NCBI GenBank assembly: GCA_048938005.1
Contig: JBHLMQ010000006.1
Coordinates: forward strand, 64,001 to 128,000
Reading direction: 5' to 3'
DNA: 64,000 nt
DNA from: Promethearchaeota archaeon
GTDB taxonomy: Archaea > Asgardarchaeota > Lokiarchaeia > Sigyniarchaeales > SOKP01
The stretch's first letter is position 1; every line of letters starts with the position of its first letter. Under the pieces are notes generated by a model. The model ran no database searches. It worked only from the letters and a program-made list of their open reading frames with translations, and was not told the DNA's origin. Both the position numbers and the translations under genes were made by a program. Below, piece by piece: positions 18,990 through 28,937 of the stretch.

Positions 18990-19007
18990 TGAATGAATAT
19001 TCATTCA
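18990..19007. promoter_or_regulatory. Perfect 18-bp palindromic operator TGAATGAATATTCATTCA, followed by an extra half-site TGAATGAC (19009-19016)
   Basis: Self-reverse-complementary; sits in the divergent intergenic region upstream of the TetR gene. Confidence 0.8.
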
Positions 19008-19146
19008 GTGAATGACGATTCGGAAAAATCCACCATTGGAAGCGTATGAAAATATTTATATAGTAAAGTATCTTTCTTATTAAAAAATAATTATTTAATT
19101 AAAAAAACATTTGAATAAAAGATTAACACTAAAGGTGAAAATATAA

Positions 19147-19356
19147 ATGAGTATTCTGAACCCGGATTTCTTATTAAAGTTTGGCGAGATAAAATTCGCG
19201 GAAGAAAATAGTATTCTTATTAATGATTTTGAGCTTTCTTTAAAGAAATATTTATCGACCCGCGATAAAATTCCACGAGGACGTTATAAGTTCGGTGAAA
19301 TTGACAATTCTGCTGTAAAGGATTTTACACGTTCATTTTTGAGTTATTTTGAATAA
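19147..19356 (+). CDS. Hypothetical 69-aa protein divergent from TetR
   Basis: ATG preceded by an AGGTGA SD; no recognisable motif. Confidence 0.5.
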   Translation: MSILNPDFLLKFGEIKFAEENSILINDFELSLKKYLSTRDKIPRGRYKFGEIDNSAVKDFTRSFLSYFE

Positions 19357-19503
19357 ATTTTTAATATTATTTTTTAACCAACTTAAATAATATTTTTCTT
19401 GTTTTTATTTACTTATTTCTGATATTGAAAACATTAATTTAAAGAATGAATTCTTTAAATTTATAATTACTTTTCTAAAAAATATATTATCAGGTAAATT
19501 TAA

Positions 19504-20340
19504 ATGGAATATATGAATGAAATAGAAGAAGTTTTTATTGAAACCAATGGAATTAAACTTCATACTATCATTGTTGGATCTGGAGAACCCTTAATCTTAC
19601 TACATGGCTTTCCAGAGTTTTGGTATTGTTGGTCAAAAGTAATCCCCTTCCTTAAAGACGACTTTAAATTGATAATCCCCGATATGAGAGGGTATAATTT
19701 ATCTGAAAAACCTGAAAGCGTTGAAAATTATAAGGTAGAAATTCTAATAGAAGATATTAAAGGATTGAGTGAATCATTGAAATTAGGAAAGTTCAATCTT
19801 GCGGGACATGATTGGGGAGGTACTGTAGCATGGATATTTGCCGAAAAATATCCTGATCTATTAAATAAGTTAATTATATTGAATGCTCCACACCATAAAA
19901 TTTTTCAACATTTATTAAGAACTAATAAAGAGCAGCAAGAAGCAAGTTACTATATTTTTAAGTTTTTAAAGCCAAATGGAGAGAAGTTCATAATTGAGAA
20001 TGACTATGAAGCACTGAAAGAAGTAGTATTTACAGAAAGCTTTACTGAGTTTGATAAAGAAAAATACCTTGAAGCGTGGTCTAAACCTGGGGCAATACTG
20101 GGAGGAGTGAATTATTACAGGGCAAATACAAGCTTTAAGCAATGGACAGGTATCATTGAGACACCTACATTAATACTTTGGGGAATGAATGACATTGCTT
20201 TAAAACCTCAATTATTAGATGGATTGTCCGATTATGTTAAAGATTTAAGAATAGAACGTAATGAAGAATCTTCTCATTGGATTACTCACGACGCTCCTAA
20301 ATTTGTCTCTTCAAAAATCCGGGAATTCATTCAAAATTAA
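19504..20340 (+). CDS. Alpha/beta hydrolase, epoxide hydrolase-like
   Basis: HGFPE oxyanion motif, DMRGY, GHDWGG (Asp nucleophile), NYY, SHW. Confidence 0.9.
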   Translation: MEYMNEIEEVFIETNGIKLHTIIVGSGEPLILLHGFPEFWYCWSKVIPFLKDDFKLIIPDMRGYNLSEKPESVENYKVEILIEDIKGLSESLKLGKFNLAGHDWGGTVAWIFAEKYPDLLNKLIILNAPHHKIFQHLLRTNKEQQEASYYIFKFLKPNGEKFIIENDYEALKEVVFTESFTEFDKEKYLEAWSKPGAILGGVNYYRANTSFKQWTGIIETPTLILWGMNDIALKPQLLDGLSDYVKDLRIERNEESSHWITHDAPKFVSSKIREFIQN

Positions 20341-20560
20341 TTATCTTTAGGGAAAACCTTTTTATTTTTATTTAAAATATTTTTCATACAAAATCTTTGT
20401 AAGATGGCAAAATATATGAGAAGATAACCTGACATTGGATATTATAGAATGAAATCAATAAATTTATAAGTTTCATTTATTGGTTACAATATAATAAGCT
20501 TTGAAAAAATTTTAATTCTTATTTTGAATTCTATCAATTAGATAAAAAAACATATTAAAA

Positions 20561-21028
20561 ATGGAAGAAGACAATAAACAATTCTCTTGGACGACAAAAC
20601 TCGATTGGTTAAATATTTTATCAAAGCTTAACCTAGGGAGTATTAGCCAGATTCCAGAATTCAAAAGGGATAAAGCACTCAGAAGAATTACTAAGTTCTA
20701 TGGTACAGAAGCACTTATGGAATTTGAACCAAATTATTTAGATAAACTTGTTGTAAATGAATTAAAAGAATTAATGAAAAAAGAATTACTACTAAATGTG
20801 AGAAAACAAGAAAGAATAGAAAAAGACATTCGGAATAAAATAATCCCAATGAAAAGGGGTGGTATTATTAGGCTTGATCCTAATGATCTTAAAGACTTTA
20901 AAGGAGATCCTGAGGAAATTCAGGATATGTTGAAATATTTCTATAAAAAGTTCCTAGGAAAGGACGATGATGATAATGATGACGAAAGGGATAATTACAA
21001 GGAAGATAATACAGGATATTACATTTAA
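20561..21028 (+). CDS. Hypothetical protein with acidic tail ending in GYYI
   Basis: Open frame with TATA-like upstream sequence; C-terminus DDDDNDDERDNYKEDNTGYYI. Confidence 0.7.
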   Translation: MEEDNKQFSWTTKLDWLNILSKLNLGSISQIPEFKRDKALRRITKFYGTEALMEFEPNYLDKLVVNELKELMKKELLLNVRKQERIEKDIRNKIIPMKRGGIIRLDPNDLKDFKGDPEEIQDMLKYFYKKFLGKDDDDNDDERDNYKEDNTGYYI

Positions 21029-21070
21029 AAAACTTACTTCTTAAAGTTAATAAAAAATTAATAAAAAAAA

Positions 21071-22675
21071 TTAATATATTTTACGATTTAACAGCTTTAA
21101 ATCTACTCGTTTTATCTTTCTATAACTAAAAAAGAAAATTAGATAAATAAATCCCGACCAAATCATCCACGATAAAACTTGGTATACATCCATGTTTAAA
21201 ATATAATTAATAAAATCCTCCAAAACATAAAATCCAAAATCATTCAAATCGCTAGGAAAGTCTACTATTTTTGGATTCAGATCAATCGCAATAACTTCAT
21301 GTGTATTATTTTTTAAAGTTTCAAATACGTTAGCTATAGTTAGATTTGTTGGATCAGCTAACCTCACTTTAATAAATGTATTTAAATCCTCATTTGAATG
21401 AATATCACTACCTCCTATACATGTTAGATTATTATTTAAACAATAAGTCCTTATTTGTTGATATTTAGTACTATAACTACCGCCATTTACAATTTCAAAT
21501 CCATCAATACCCCAATCTCTTAATTGACTTAGATTATATGGAATCCCATATCCTCCATGTGGATTTGGATCATAATTATAATGATTTACAGTTATATATC
21601 CTCCCTGTGATTTCACATAAGCTATCAAATCAGACGCGTTCATCGCAACCGGTCCTCCAGGAGTATAAGATTCAAGTGGTACAATTTCTTCAGCAATCCC
21701 AAAATAATTCATATGAATATCATTCTCGTGATCTGTCCATTCTTCTGCTATGAACACAACAAAATTCAATCCATGTTGAGCTACATAATTTTGAGCCATT
21801 GTAGCACCTCTTATATTATCATGGTCAGAAAAAGCAGCCCCTGATATGCCTTGTTGGATGTACCAATGAATTCTTTCTTCAACTGTTAACCATCCATCTG
21901 AAAATGTAGTATGAACATGAAAATCGAATAAAAATTCATCATCATCGAGTGGTCCTATAGGAACTATTTCGTGGGGTGTAAAAGGAGTAGAGATTAAAAC
22001 GATATTACTGCAAATTAGTAAAGCACCAATTCCAAAGTAAAAAATTGTTTCTCGCATTACTCGCTTTTTTACTTTCTTTCTTGTTTTTCGGAATAAGGAT
22101 TTCTTAGATAAGTTAAGTGTAAGGTTTGGATGCAATAATTTGATAATAGTATAAGCTACTTTTATGAAAATGAGAATAAGGCTAATATGAAATCCTAATT
22201 GAATAGGCACCATAAAATTTCTACTTACAAAGAAATAACCTTGAAAAGCATAACCAATAAGAATGTATATTCCAATTATCAAAACAGCTAGCATCAACAC
22301 TTTAAAAGAAAAAGAAATGATATCTGCTAAGGGGTAAGTGATATATCTATATTTCTCTGAATTAAACTTACCCCTTCTTTTTAAGTATAAATAAATTCCT
22401 CTTAGAATCGGATAAAAAATCAAAAAAAGATACATCCATGTAAATTCATACTCTAAAACATAGGCAATTGCATAAAAAGGCTCTATAAAATATCTTTGCA
22501 CTGGCAATTCACTTGAAAATTCTGACGAAACATCGACTTGTCCAAGAGCATCATAGAATATTACCGTTCTTTGACCAATGATTGATAAAACAACGAGGAA
22601 AACAAGCCATACTAAGAAAGCAACAGAAATAATCGTGAAAAATTTATTATTTTTTATTAAAGATCGAATCTTCAT
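21071..22675 (-). CDS. Membrane-anchored PHP-domain phosphoesterase
   Basis: Several N-terminal TM helices and one C-terminal; PHP motifs DFHVHTTFSDG, SDHDN, AEEW, HMN, VNH, GGSDIH. Confidence 0.82.
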   Translation of the reverse strand: MKIRSLIKNNKFFTIISVAFLVWLVFLVVLSIIGQRTVIFYDALGQVDVSSEFSSELPVQRYFIEPFYAIAYVLEYEFTWMYLFLIFYPILRGIYLYLKRRGKFNSEKYRYITYPLADIISFSFKVLMLAVLIIGIYILIGYAFQGYFFVSRNFMVPIQLGFHISLILIFIKVAYTIIKLLHPNLTLNLSKKSLFRKTRKKVKKRVMRETIFYFGIGALLICSNIVLISTPFTPHEIVPIGPLDDDEFLFDFHVHTTFSDGWLTVEERIHWYIQQGISGAAFSDHDNIRGATMAQNYVAQHGLNFVVFIAEEWTDHENDIHMNYFGIAEEIVPLESYTPGGPVAMNASDLIAYVKSQGGYITVNHYNYDPNPHGGYGIPYNLSQLRDWGIDGFEIVNGGSYSTKYQQIRTYCLNNNLTCIGGSDIHSNEDLNTFIKVRLADPTNLTIANVFETLKNNTHEVIAIDLNPKIVDFPSDLNDFGFYVLEDFINYILNMDVYQVLSWMIWSGFIYLIFFFSYRKIKRVDLKLLNRKIY

Positions 22676-22732
22676 AATAACTATTTTTATTGAACTTATT
22701 AATAAACTTTAAAACAAAGTCAACTGAGGTAA

Positions 22733-23950
22733 CTAATCTAATGGAGCTACTATATAATTGTCTAATGTTGTTAACGAAGACTCAAATTTTTGGTAAATTT
22801 TAATATCTATAATAGGGAATGTATTACAAAGTTTTCTTCTTAAATCTTTTTCGTTAATCTTGCATGATTTAGAAGGTTTTTTACCTTTTAGAATCAGATA
22901 TAATACTGGCATTTGAGGGTTAGATGGATGAAGATCATAATTCAGATAATTTATTGAGGATGATAATTTTTCATTTAAATATGGTTCAATATCATTCTTA
23001 TTTCTTATTTCAAAATTGAAATTAATTGTTACCCAGAGATATTTTCGATTAATTAAACGAATTTTTTTAACTTGTTTTACGAATTTTTCAAATTTTTTTG
23101 AAATTTCTACTAAAAAAATACCTCTTTTAAAGGAATTATCTATGGAACATACAGCCTCTGAAGATCCTGGGTTATATATCCAATCTTCAAGAACAAATTG
23201 TTTATGGAAATGACCTAAAGCTAAATAATCAACCCGATGTCGTAAGGGGTGGATATCTTCTAATTTGATGCCGGAAACATTTTCCATTTGACCTTCGATG
23301 CCAAAATGCTGTAAAAGAATGTTAAATAGACCATTATCCTTTATTATCGCCTTTCTTATTCTTGAAAGATAAGAAATTGGCTGTTCACCAAGATAGCGAG
23401 TACCATAAATCATTACATTTTTAACTTGTATTTTACCCCCTTTTTTTGTATTAAAACAAAAAGGCTTAAACATCTCTTCAGAAGGCGCTTCTAAATCAGC
23501 ATCAAGAAGGATTATCAATCCTAAACTATTTAAAAGTTTTAACCATGACTGACCTCGTCTTTCGAATCTAACTCCTCTTGAAAATTTACGGATATCATGA
23601 TTACCCTCTATTGCTATGATTAAAATAGTTCCATTTGTAAATTCTTTGAAATCCTTCAATATATTAACAATTTTAGTTAATTTTCCTGGTAAGATTTCTA
23701 ATGAAGTAAATACATCTCCACCTAATAAAATAAAATCAACATGATGCTTAATTGCTAATTCTAATATTTCTTGGAAAGCTTGAATAAAATCATTTGATCT
23801 ATAATCGTTGCGATATTGAGCAGCGCCGAGATGTATATCACTGGCATGAATAAATTTAACCGAATCATGGTTTGTATATTTTAGAACTATTGAATTTCCT
23901 AATTTCGTTTCAAAACAGTTCTCGATTGTCATAAATAAAAAATGGTTCAA
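22733..23950 (-). CDS. Mre11/SbcD-like metallophosphoesterase nuclease, stand-alone
   Basis: FIHASDIHLG, GGDVF, IEGNHD, LQHFG, YLALGHFH, NPGS; the exact start is uncertain. Confidence 0.85.
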   Translation of the reverse strand: MNHFLFMTIENCFETKLGNSIVLKYTNHDSVKFIHASDIHLGAAQYRNDYRSNDFIQAFQEILELAIKHHVDFILLGGDVFTSLEILPGKLTKIVNILKDFKEFTNGTILIIAIEGNHDIRKFSRGVRFERRGQSWLKLLNSLGLIILLDADLEAPSEEMFKPFCFNTKKGGKIQVKNVMIYGTRYLGEQPISYLSRIRKAIIKDNGLFNILLQHFGIEGQMENVSGIKLEDIHPLRHRVDYLALGHFHKQFVLEDWIYNPGSSEAVCSIDNSFKRGIFLVEISKKFEKFVKQVKKIRLINRKYLWVTINFNFEIRNKNDIEPYLNEKLSSSINYLNYDLHPSNPQMPVLYLILKGKKPSKSCKINEKDLRRKLCNTFPIIDIKIYQKFESSLTTLDNYIVAPLD

Positions 23951-24096
23951 TTTTTTATGTACAATTAATAATTATATCAGAACCAGCTTTTTAAGTAATA
24001 AAAGTCTAAAAAAGTAGTGAAGAGTAAGTAACTGAAATTACAAACAAAATTATTATTATTTTTAAAATTATTCGACTTACTATAATCTAAATCTAT

Positions 24097-24684
24097 TTGA
24101 AAATCAAAATGGAAAGTGAAGAATCTAAGTACGAAATTGGTGTGATTCATGGAAGATTCCAAGTTTTGCATAATGACCATATAAAATATCTTCTAGCGGG
24201 TAAAAAATTATGCAACCATCTTATAGTGGGTATTACAAATCCAGATCCTTCCTTAACAAGAGATTCAGAAGCAAATCCTCATAGGAGTACTCCCATAGCG
24301 AATCCATTAACTTATTATGAACGTTATATAATGGTACAAGATGCACTAATAGAGCAAGGTTTAAAATTTCCGGAGTTTTCCATTGTGCCATTCCCAATAA
24401 ATATTCCAGACCTTATTAAATATTATGTCCCAATCAACGCTATTTTCTTTCTAACTATATATGATGATTGGGGTCGTCTAAAAAAGAATTTTTTAGAATC
24501 ATTAGGGTTGAAAATTCATGTTCTATGGGAAGTAACTCTCGAGAATAAAGGACTTAGCTCAAGTGATATTCGTGAAGCCATGATTCAAGGTAAACAATGG
24601 GAACAGTTCGTACCAATAAGTGTGGCAAGACTTATGAAAGAATGGAATATAATTACTCGTCTTAAAAAATTAAGTCGATTATAA
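24097..24684 (+). CDS. Nicotinamide/nicotinate-nucleotide adenylyltransferase (NadM-like)
   Basis: GRFQVLHNDH (HxGH variant), ANPLTYYER, SSSDIR, W...VP; the start may be ATG 24109. Confidence 0.85.
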   Translation: MKIKMESEESKYEIGVIHGRFQVLHNDHIKYLLAGKKLCNHLIVGITNPDPSLTRDSEANPHRSTPIANPLTYYERYIMVQDALIEQGLKFPEFSIVPFPINIPDLIKYYVPINAIFFLTIYDDWGRLKKNFLESLGLKIHVLWEVTLENKGLSSSDIREAMIQGKQWEQFVPISVARLMKEWNIITRLKKLSRL

Positions 24685-24795
24685 ACATAAAAATTATACT
24701 AAGATTAATTTGTTTAATTTATAACCAAATCTGAATATTAACAAATAATTATTAATATTAATTGAACCATATAAAAATTAAATTAAACGTTACTG

Positions 24796-25530
24796 GTGGT
24801 ATCAATAGTTTTATTTCAGAATCCTATTACACGAATTATATTAGTTTACGTAATTCAAGGAATTATGCTGATTTTTTTTTCCTCACTGGCTTACCAAATA
24901 GTAAGAAGAAGAAGACAACGCTTAAATCTAATATTTAGTGGATTCTTTATAAGTATGATTATTGCTTTTATTCTCAATATGATTTATTTCGTTATCAACG
25001 TCGAATATGAGGAAATCGTTATATTTCTTCATTTTTTATCTTGGTTCTTTGTAACTTTTGGATTAATTTTTATTTTAATTGTAAATATGATAATATTAGA
25101 ATCAACTATTATCTTCTCAGTAAAAAGGCAAAATAGATATATTTTATTATTTGGACTATTACATTTCTTTGGGATGTTAATAATTTTATTAGTTTCCAAC
25201 GGAGTTTCGATAAATCCACAAGGATATCCAGTTTGGAAACTGCAATTTTTTATTTATATGGCGTCAATCGTAACTGTGTTTGAAATTATTCCAATAATTT
25301 ATACTATGTGGAAAATATATATTAGCTTTGAAACCAAAGAATTGAAGAGGAGATGGCTCTATTATTTAATAGGCTCATTAGGCTTAATTATTTGTAATTT
25401 ATATTCGATAATGATATCACATTTATTGAATATTGCTGAATTTAGGGATTTTATAATGATATTAGGGGTTTCAGTTCTATTATGGGTTTCTTTGATGTAT
25501 TATGGAATTGGTGCGAAATTAAAAAAATAA
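24796..25530 (+). CDS. Stand-alone protein with about 7 TM helices (HisKA_7TM-like sensor module)
   Basis: Seven hydrophobic segments with basic cytoplasmic loops (RRRRQRLN, ELKRRW); no soluble output domain. Confidence 0.65.
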   Translation: MVSIVLFQNPITRIILVYVIQGIMLIFFSSLAYQIVRRRRQRLNLIFSGFFISMIIAFILNMIYFVINVEYEEIVIFLHFLSWFFVTFGLIFILIVNMIILESTIIFSVKRQNRYILLFGLLHFFGMLIILLVSNGVSINPQGYPVWKLQFFIYMASIVTVFEIIPIIYTMWKIYISFETKELKRRWLYYLIGSLGLIICNLYSIMISHLLNIAEFRDFIMILGVSVLLWVSLMYYGIGAKLKK

Positions 25531-25686
25531 AAGGTTCCCCTGTGTTTATTAAAATAAATAGTATATATACTAATTAATGTTTCACGATCTTTTTATTTAT
25601 TTCATGTAAAAGAATCGAAAACCTTATAAAGACTTATATGAAGTATTAATTAGTATTTAAAGAATTCATCACTCCACAAATTTACT

Positions 25687-26781
25687 ATGCAAACTGCCAG
25701 CAAAAAGTATATATTAACACAAGAGGATAAACTCTATTTTCAAAAATTTGTAGCTAAAGATGGAGAAGAATATGGATTAAGATTTGGAAATCCTAATGAT
25801 GCGATAACTATTTCTAGGATCTTCAAAGAAATTTATGGTTTTGAATATGTTAATCCCATAGTATACAATATCAATCTTTTAAAAAGAGAGTTATCAAAAA
25901 AAAATAATCTGTGGTTTATTGGTGAATCAATAAAAAATAATGAAATTGCTGGAGCGGGATTAATAGAAGTTGATAGATACATTGCACATGCCAGTAAAGC
26001 TGTAACTAAGAAAAAATATCAAGGTCAAGGAATCACAACAAAAATAGGAGCTGCGGGTATTTTAACAGTAACAAAAATGCCTCAATTTGATAATGTGTTA
26101 AGACTTGATTCTGATGTAAGAAGCTCTTCGATTCGATCTCAAAAACTTATCGAAAATGCTGGGGCTGTGCCTTATGGTTTAATTCCTGCATATAACAATT
26201 TTGGAGATAAAAGACATTATAATTTGGATGAAAATAAGCCGTTTCCTCCACAAACAGAAGAAGGAGCATTCCTATATTCCATTTTATTTAAAAATTTATG
26301 GAATAAAAGAGATAAAAATGTCTATTTATTAAATAATGAGGACGTTATCTTTTTCTATGAATTTATTAAAAAAATATCAAAAAAAATGAATAATGATATC
26401 TTAATACTTGAAAATGGTATAAAAAATAAAGGTTATGAATTGTATGGTGTTTCTAAGGAACCATACAACGGGATTGTGAAACTATACGGCTATATTAAAG
26501 AAAAATCTTTAAACAATCTACTAAAAACGTATCGTGACTGGCGAATTATTCTATGGAGAATCCCAACAATTAAAAATGGAATTTCTTCAATGTGTCTTGC
26601 TTTAAGTAAAGGGTTTAAGATAGTTGGTTATGATATTGGCTTTAATAATATAAATTGGACATTATATGATTCGGTTATTTTTGCATATTATCCTAAATGT
26701 AATTATGGATGTTTAGAAGTAAACTGCACTAATACTCCCAAACCATTAGTAAAAAAGATAAAGGAATCATTTAGGTCTTAA
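25687..26781 (+). CDS. GNAT-fold acetyltransferase-like protein with C-terminal extension
   Basis: AVTKKKYQGQGITTKI acetyl-CoA-binding motif; SQKLIENAG. Confidence 0.6.
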   Translation: MQTASKKYILTQEDKLYFQKFVAKDGEEYGLRFGNPNDAITISRIFKEIYGFEYVNPIVYNINLLKRELSKKNNLWFIGESIKNNEIAGAGLIEVDRYIAHASKAVTKKKYQGQGITTKIGAAGILTVTKMPQFDNVLRLDSDVRSSSIRSQKLIENAGAVPYGLIPAYNNFGDKRHYNLDENKPFPPQTEEGAFLYSILFKNLWNKRDKNVYLLNNEDVIFFYEFIKKISKKMNNDILILENGIKNKGYELYGVSKEPYNGIVKLYGYIKEKSLNNLLKTYRDWRIILWRIPTIKNGISSMCLALSKGFKIVGYDIGFNNINWTLYDSVIFAYYPKCNYGCLEVNCTNTPKPLVKKIKESFRS

Positions 26782-26815
26782 AAAATTTAATCTGGTTATC
26801 CGTTATCACTTTCAA

Positions 26816-27271
26816 TTATGTTAATAAAGATACTACTTTTTCTTCCAAAGTTTGTGTACCAGTTCCGAAGATTTTATTAATTATTATCTTAAAAGGCTCA
26901 AACTGACCAATTTTCGTAAGATTACAGCCATCATATTGAGAGATAAATCTTTTTAATAATTTTTCCAATAAGGGTAAAATAGTTTTATGTAAATATTTCT
27001 CAAGTCTATAATCCTTATCCAAAACTATGAAAGCTACGATCTCTTGTACATCCCTATATAAGTCTTTTATCGAACCTTTCTTAAAAATTATGGAATATTT
27101 ATCACTTTCAAAATATTCTACTGGTTCCATTAAGCATTCAGCAAAGGATAAGAGTCCACTCATTAGCCCGCTTGAACAAACTAAATTTGTCTTTTGTTTA
27201 CTAGCCCTATGATAGCTAGTGAAGATAATGGGAATTCCATGGAAGAGTATACCAGCTTCTCGAATCAACAT
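26816..27271 (-). CDS. Longin/profilin-like small protein (putative eukaryotic signature fold)
   Basis: beta-beta(GIPI)-alpha(SGLMSGLLSFAE)-beta-beta-beta-alpha order; C-terminal LEKLLKRFISQY..FEPFK..I pattern seen in Asgard longin-like proteins. Confidence 0.55.
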   Translation of the reverse strand: MLIREAGILFHGIPIIFTSYHRASKQKTNLVCSSGLMSGLLSFAECLMEPVEYFESDKYSIIFKKGSIKDLYRDVQEIVAFIVLDKDYRLEKYLHKTILPLLEKLLKRFISQYDGCNLTKIGQFEPFKIIINKIFGTGTQTLEEKVVSLLT

Positions 27272-27527
27272 AGTGAACTATGACGTAAATTAAACCAAAT
27301 CGCTATTATAATATATTCTTATAAGAATATTCCTAATACACGACGAAACTCATATATTTAAATCTAATTGTTTGTGGTAATATTCCGTCGCAATAGTACG
27401 ACATTATTGTAAAAGAGAATTTTGTCGAAGAAATAATCTTAATTTATACAATATTAATTGTTTTACCAAAAATACAAGTATGAAAAAAAGTAGAGGTAAG
27501 GATATTTAAATCTAATTCCATATAAAT

Positions 27528-28742
27528 TTAATTCATTGTATTACTATCTAAATCTGTATCTAACTTGTTTAATGCATGGTGGCATATCTCTATACAACCA
27601 TTAAGATTTTTTGACAAGCACTTTTCTGGTGTATCGGTTGAACTATGGATAAATTTTGAATCCTTTTTTGAATTAAACCAACAAACTTGTAATTCTTTTT
27701 TTAGTTTTTTAGCAAAAAATTTAAATATTATATGGTCACTCAAAAATGATATTGATTTTGTTTCCTTTATCAAAGAAATCTCTTTCTCTCTTGCGATATC
27801 TTCTAAAATATTATTTAGACTTTTATTTAAGATAGTTTTTTTAAAAATTCCAACTTTATCAATCAATCCAATATAAGATCCAACCATATCGATATTTATA
27901 TTATAAGATTTATTGAGGTTATAATTCTTATCTAACCACTCAAAATTTCTGGCACAATAATTTTTTGTGCCCCATAACCCAAACTCTTCAGCACCAGCCC
28001 ATAAAAAGATTAAATCTATATTATTAAGCGGGTTGGTATGAAAAATTTTTGCTAACTCGATTAATATGGCTGTACCACTGGCATTATCAATTGAACCATT
28101 TGATTTATTATTAATTCTAATACTAAGGAAAAATCCTAAAAAGACTAAAAATGTTATACAACTCAGTAATTTAGCAATAAAATGAAGATCTATGATATAA
28201 CTTATTGGAAAATAAATGGAAAAATAAGAAACATAAATTAAAAACATGTATTTTAAGAACCTTTCAGGATAATTAAAACAAGCGGAATCATAATGGGCAG
28301 AAAAAATAGCAACTGGTCCTTCCATAAAATTTGTTTTAGCCTTAACCTTAGTAAGAATATTTTGTGAACAAAATTGCTTTTTAAATGATCTTACTCTGCC
28401 TAAATTTGATTTATAGTCTATAAAATCTATAATGTTTTTTATGAAATAAATTACTATTAACATGAATATTAACTTAAAAAACTCAAATCCCCCAACGAGA
28501 ATACTGCTTAAAACGGCAATAAACATTAAAAAATTAACACTTAAAAAACATACCCATAAATTACGCAAAAATGGGGGCCATAAAAAATATTCTGTTTCAA
28601 ATTTTATACTTTCTTCTTTTAACATATCTTTTATATAGTTAATAGTCTTTAATTCTCCTTTAGTTCCTGCCTTTCGCCCAAATGCTAGAGATTTTACATG
28701 ATTGAGTGCTGCTTGTTTGTTATATAAAGATGAAGATGAAAT
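27528..28742 (-). CDS. M28 family peptidase with inserted TM helices; probable ATT start
   Basis: SAHYDS, GSIDNASG, GAEEFGLWG, NIDMVG, SDH, IHSSTDT. The N-terminal M28 motif RKAGTKGE..INYI lies upstream of the first ATG (28625); in-frame TGA at 28749-28751. Confidence 0.82.
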   Translation of the reverse strand: MSSSSLYNKQAALNHVKSLAFGRKAGTKGELKTINYIKDMLKEESIKFETEYFLWPPFLRNLWVCFLSVNFLMFIAVLSSILVGGFEFFKLIFMLIVIYFIKNIIDFIDYKSNLGRVRSFKKQFCSQNILTKVKAKTNFMEGPVAIFSAHYDSACFNYPERFLKYMFLIYVSYFSIYFPISYIIDLHFIAKLLSCITFLVFLGFFLSIRINNKSNGSIDNASGTAILIELAKIFHTNPLNNIDLIFLWAGAEEFGLWGTKNYCARNFEWLDKNYNLNKSYNINIDMVGSYIGLIDKVGIFKKTILNKSLNNILEDIAREKEISLIKETKSISFLSDHIIFKFFAKKLKKELQVCWFNSKKDSKFIHSSTDTPEKCLSKNLNGCIEICHHALNKLDTDLDSNTMN

Positions 28743-28937
28743 ATTGTATCATCTCTACATTATAAATTTCGAATAAAATATTTTGTTTCGAACTACTTTA
28801 AGAAGAAATTATTATTATAAGTTCGTAAAATTTATTGTATAAGATAATTTTCGAAGGAATAAGGCAATCTCCTAATTTTACCTTGATAATTAAAAAAAAA
28901 ATAATTAAAATTTCGAAATTTTTATATGTTATATTTA

